64,000 bases of DNA from Perna viridis. Its lineage: Eukaryota. The notes under the pieces were generated by a model. That model was not told the origin of the DNA and did not search any database. It worked only from the letters and a program-made list of their open reading frames with translations. The position numbers were made by a program, and so were the translations under genes. Numbering within the stretch: the stretch's first letter is position 1; each line of letters starts with the position of its first letter. Where the stretch lies: NCBI GenBank assembly GCA_037379345.1, contig CM074512.1:45694001-45758000 (forward strand). Reading direction: 5' to 3'. This document shows, piece by piece, positions 1 through 64,000 of this stretch.

Positions 1-61025
<61,025 letters not shown>

Positions 61026-64000
61026 CTGTCAACAAAAGACAACTGTTGCTGCCAATTCAATTCAAGTACTGACCAAACCATATGACAGTGTTTAAAAATC
61101 AAAATAATAAGAAAGAATTGAAAATGCCAAGCTGCAGGGATAATTTTATGTGACAATATCAAAAATCCTCTTTGAAAATCTCTAGAAAATCAGAGCTTAA
61201 ATATTAGTTCAGTCACCTTCTGGAAACAAGCAGACTGCTTCCTTCCTTTCTACCAATCACTACATTATATTATCTCTGCTTTACAGAAAGTTGAAGTCTT
61301 ATCAATGTGCACAAACATGTTTAGACTGAGTTGAGAAGTATACTTTATTGGACAATATGCATTTGCATACAAGGGTGAGGTTTAACAGCAAGCTTGAATG
61401 AAGTGCAAGTTTTCTCAGCAAATAGCACCAATAACTGTACACTACTTCATATTTAAAATCCTACTATTCAATTGTGTGTACTTTCATATTATAGAAAAAA
61501 CTTACTGCAGAACTTCAAGGATAATAGAAAAACCATGCTTCAAGAATATATACCAGGTATGACTAAGGTACAGACTATTTTCTTTGAAAAGAGGAGGCTG
61601 GATTTTTATGCTGAGTTAGAATTTTTTTTTTACCAAGCACAAAATAATATTTTTTTCTGCAGCAGCTGAAATAATAAGTTTTGATATGAAAACCTACATT
61701 GATAAGTATTGGGGGAAATATTTCTCTCTAAATTATTTTGCTCAAATTTGGAATAATTTTGCTGTTTTTTTCTTTAATAATCCCACGTATCGGGAAATTA
61801 AAATGTTGCGTGAAGACTTCCACAACCACTATGTTTACCATATTTACAGATGTTTTTCATATTGTTGATCAATTAAATACTTGTTGATTTATGAATGTTA
61901 TTCATATTTTAAAAGATTAGTTGGTAGTGTATCAACTGATCATAATGGTAGCGATATCGATGATGCAATTACTTGATGACTGGAGGGAAGGCCCTCAATG
62001 ACGTAGTTGATGTTGGGAGAATTTAGGGTGTTGTTCAGTTTATTTTTTATGGTTTTATTCATGGGAGAATTAGATTCTCCCTCATTTCTTCCCGGGATTA
62101 AAGGATTTCTCTACTCGTGATAAAGCTCGTGGGTTAAAATCTAAAATTTTAATTTTCTCAAGTGGAAAAATCCTGTAATCCCCCCAAGACTGAAGGAGAA
62201 TCCCCTCAAGACTGAAAGAGAATCTATATACAAAGCCTGTTACTTTGCATCAAACACTATAGAATTCATGGGTCAATTACACCAATCTGAACATAAACAT
62301 GTATGATTGGATTTATCTACATATATCTACCAAGGATAAAATATATTTGATACAAAAATAAACAATTATCACAGAAATATGTCTTGCCTTTTCCACATCG
62401 ACAGTTAATCTAAAGTTAATAGTGACCTTGTTACAAATTTTATATACTAGCGGATGCCAGTGAAATCACAGTCGATTGAGCAAAGTGTGGACACAGTACT
62501 AATTTGACGGATCCAAACAAAATGAGTAATCATTGTAAAGGATCTACCATACATCAATGGTGCAGTTTTGCTCAAATTGCTTTAGTGGTTTAGGAGGAGT
62601 TGACCATTAACCTTTCAGGAGGACTTGGTTTTCTTTTTGAATCATAATTGCTTTTTTTTGTGCGCAGAGCGCTAAAATATGTACTTTTCTAACGCATGTA
62701 AGCAAATTATTTTTTTTCTTTTTTTATTCACATTACTTATTTTTTAACCCTTCCTTACCAAATTATCTTTTCTCCAAAGTCAGGATGGAAATATTTTCAA
62801 CAACCAAAGAAAAAACTAATCTCCCCCTAGGAGTTAAATGGTCAGTCCCTAAATAGTTGCAGAGAAAAATGTTATAGAAAAATGTTTCGTCATTTACCAT
62901 AAATATTAAAAGACATACTAAGTAGGCAAACAGGAAGTAGACATGTGTCCAACATAAAATCTTAAAAACTTTCATGGAATTAAAATTCCAACAGTCATTT
63001 TGTGTGGGACACCCTAAGGAACATATAAGCCAACTTTCATTGAATTCTGTGAAATGGATTTTGAGAAGAAGATTTTTCGAAGTTGCATATGCGAAAAATG
63101 CAAAAAAAAAAAAAAAAACTGTTGCAGGGGCTGTAACTCCTACATCAGCTGACCAATCGTTTTCCAAATTTCAGCATAGGTCCGTCTCATGATGCTGAAT
63201 AATATTACCCATGTCAGAAATTTGCTAAGGGCAACAGCTTTTGAGTTATTTGCAAAATACTGCCCTCTGACCCCTATGTTCTATTTTTAGTAACGGCTGC
63301 CATGTTTTTTAATGGATCAAAATTCCCAACAATCGTTTTGTGAAGAACAAATGTGAATGTCATTTAATTAAGCATAGTAATGAACTAACAATACTTGTGT
63401 AACACATGTATACATGATCCGGGCAGTATATCGATTGATCATGCACGAAAGTGTATTATAACACAGGGACCAATGACGGTTTTTGAATTTGGATATTTTC
63501 CAAAAAAATTGCCTTTTCCGTAGAAAAAAATATTGTTTCAAAGACAAATTTAGGAAGTACACAACACTACATTTATACCTCATATCACAAAAATATTCTA
63601 CCTTATATGGTTTCAGAGGAGTTGCGGCTCAAAGAAATCGATTTCTTCCTTTAGTAGTATAGATTTTGAACAATTTTCATATCTATACAACTGTTTGATA
63701 CCATCAAAGTGGACAGAAGCCCCAGCTATAGTTAATTGTTTGCATAGATGGCACAGTGCCGAAAATTATGTTTCAGTGACATAGATTTTAAGTCAATAGA
63801 CCATGACTGATGGGGCATTTGCATGAAAGCAACATGGAACTGTGAAGAAGTGATGCTAATTCATACCAAGACCTATTACAAGTGGTTCATATCAAACTGA
63901 CCTAATCAGAATATTAACAGGAAAATTTGAAACTTCAAAGTCAATAAACCGGGACTGTTGGGCAAATGCATGAAACAGATAAAGAGTTGTGAAATAGTGA

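Overview
AT-rich animal genomic DNA. The repeat content suggests a bivalve mollusc (Mytilus-like), which is an inference. The window holds the 3' ~three-quarters of one ABCC4/MRP4-type ABC transporter gene on the minus strand. Sixteen constitutive exons (17902 down to <1) encode NBD1, the linker, TMD2, NBD2 and a long C-terminal tail; all have GT-AG junctions and consistent phases. The main discovery lies upstream of the first NBD1 exon. The single exon that normally encodes TM5-TM6 of TMD1 (human ABCC4 exon 8 equivalent, 250 nt) occurs as at least 11 intact, highly diverged tandem copies (247/250/253 nt, identical splice phases) plus at least one decayed copy, spread over 40 kb (21766-61025). 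This is the architecture of a mutually exclusive exon cassette that would swap the substrate-binding helices of a multidrug pump. The 5' exons, and possibly more variants, lie beyond the window. The introns carry a KolobokP-like DNA transposon with long terminal direct repeats (transposase plus His-Me finger nuclease), an internally deleted Tigger/pogo element, MITEs, a LINE remnant and several minisatellites, two of which amplify exon-end/splice-donor sequences. Exon coordinates were read by hand, and human residue numbers are from memory.
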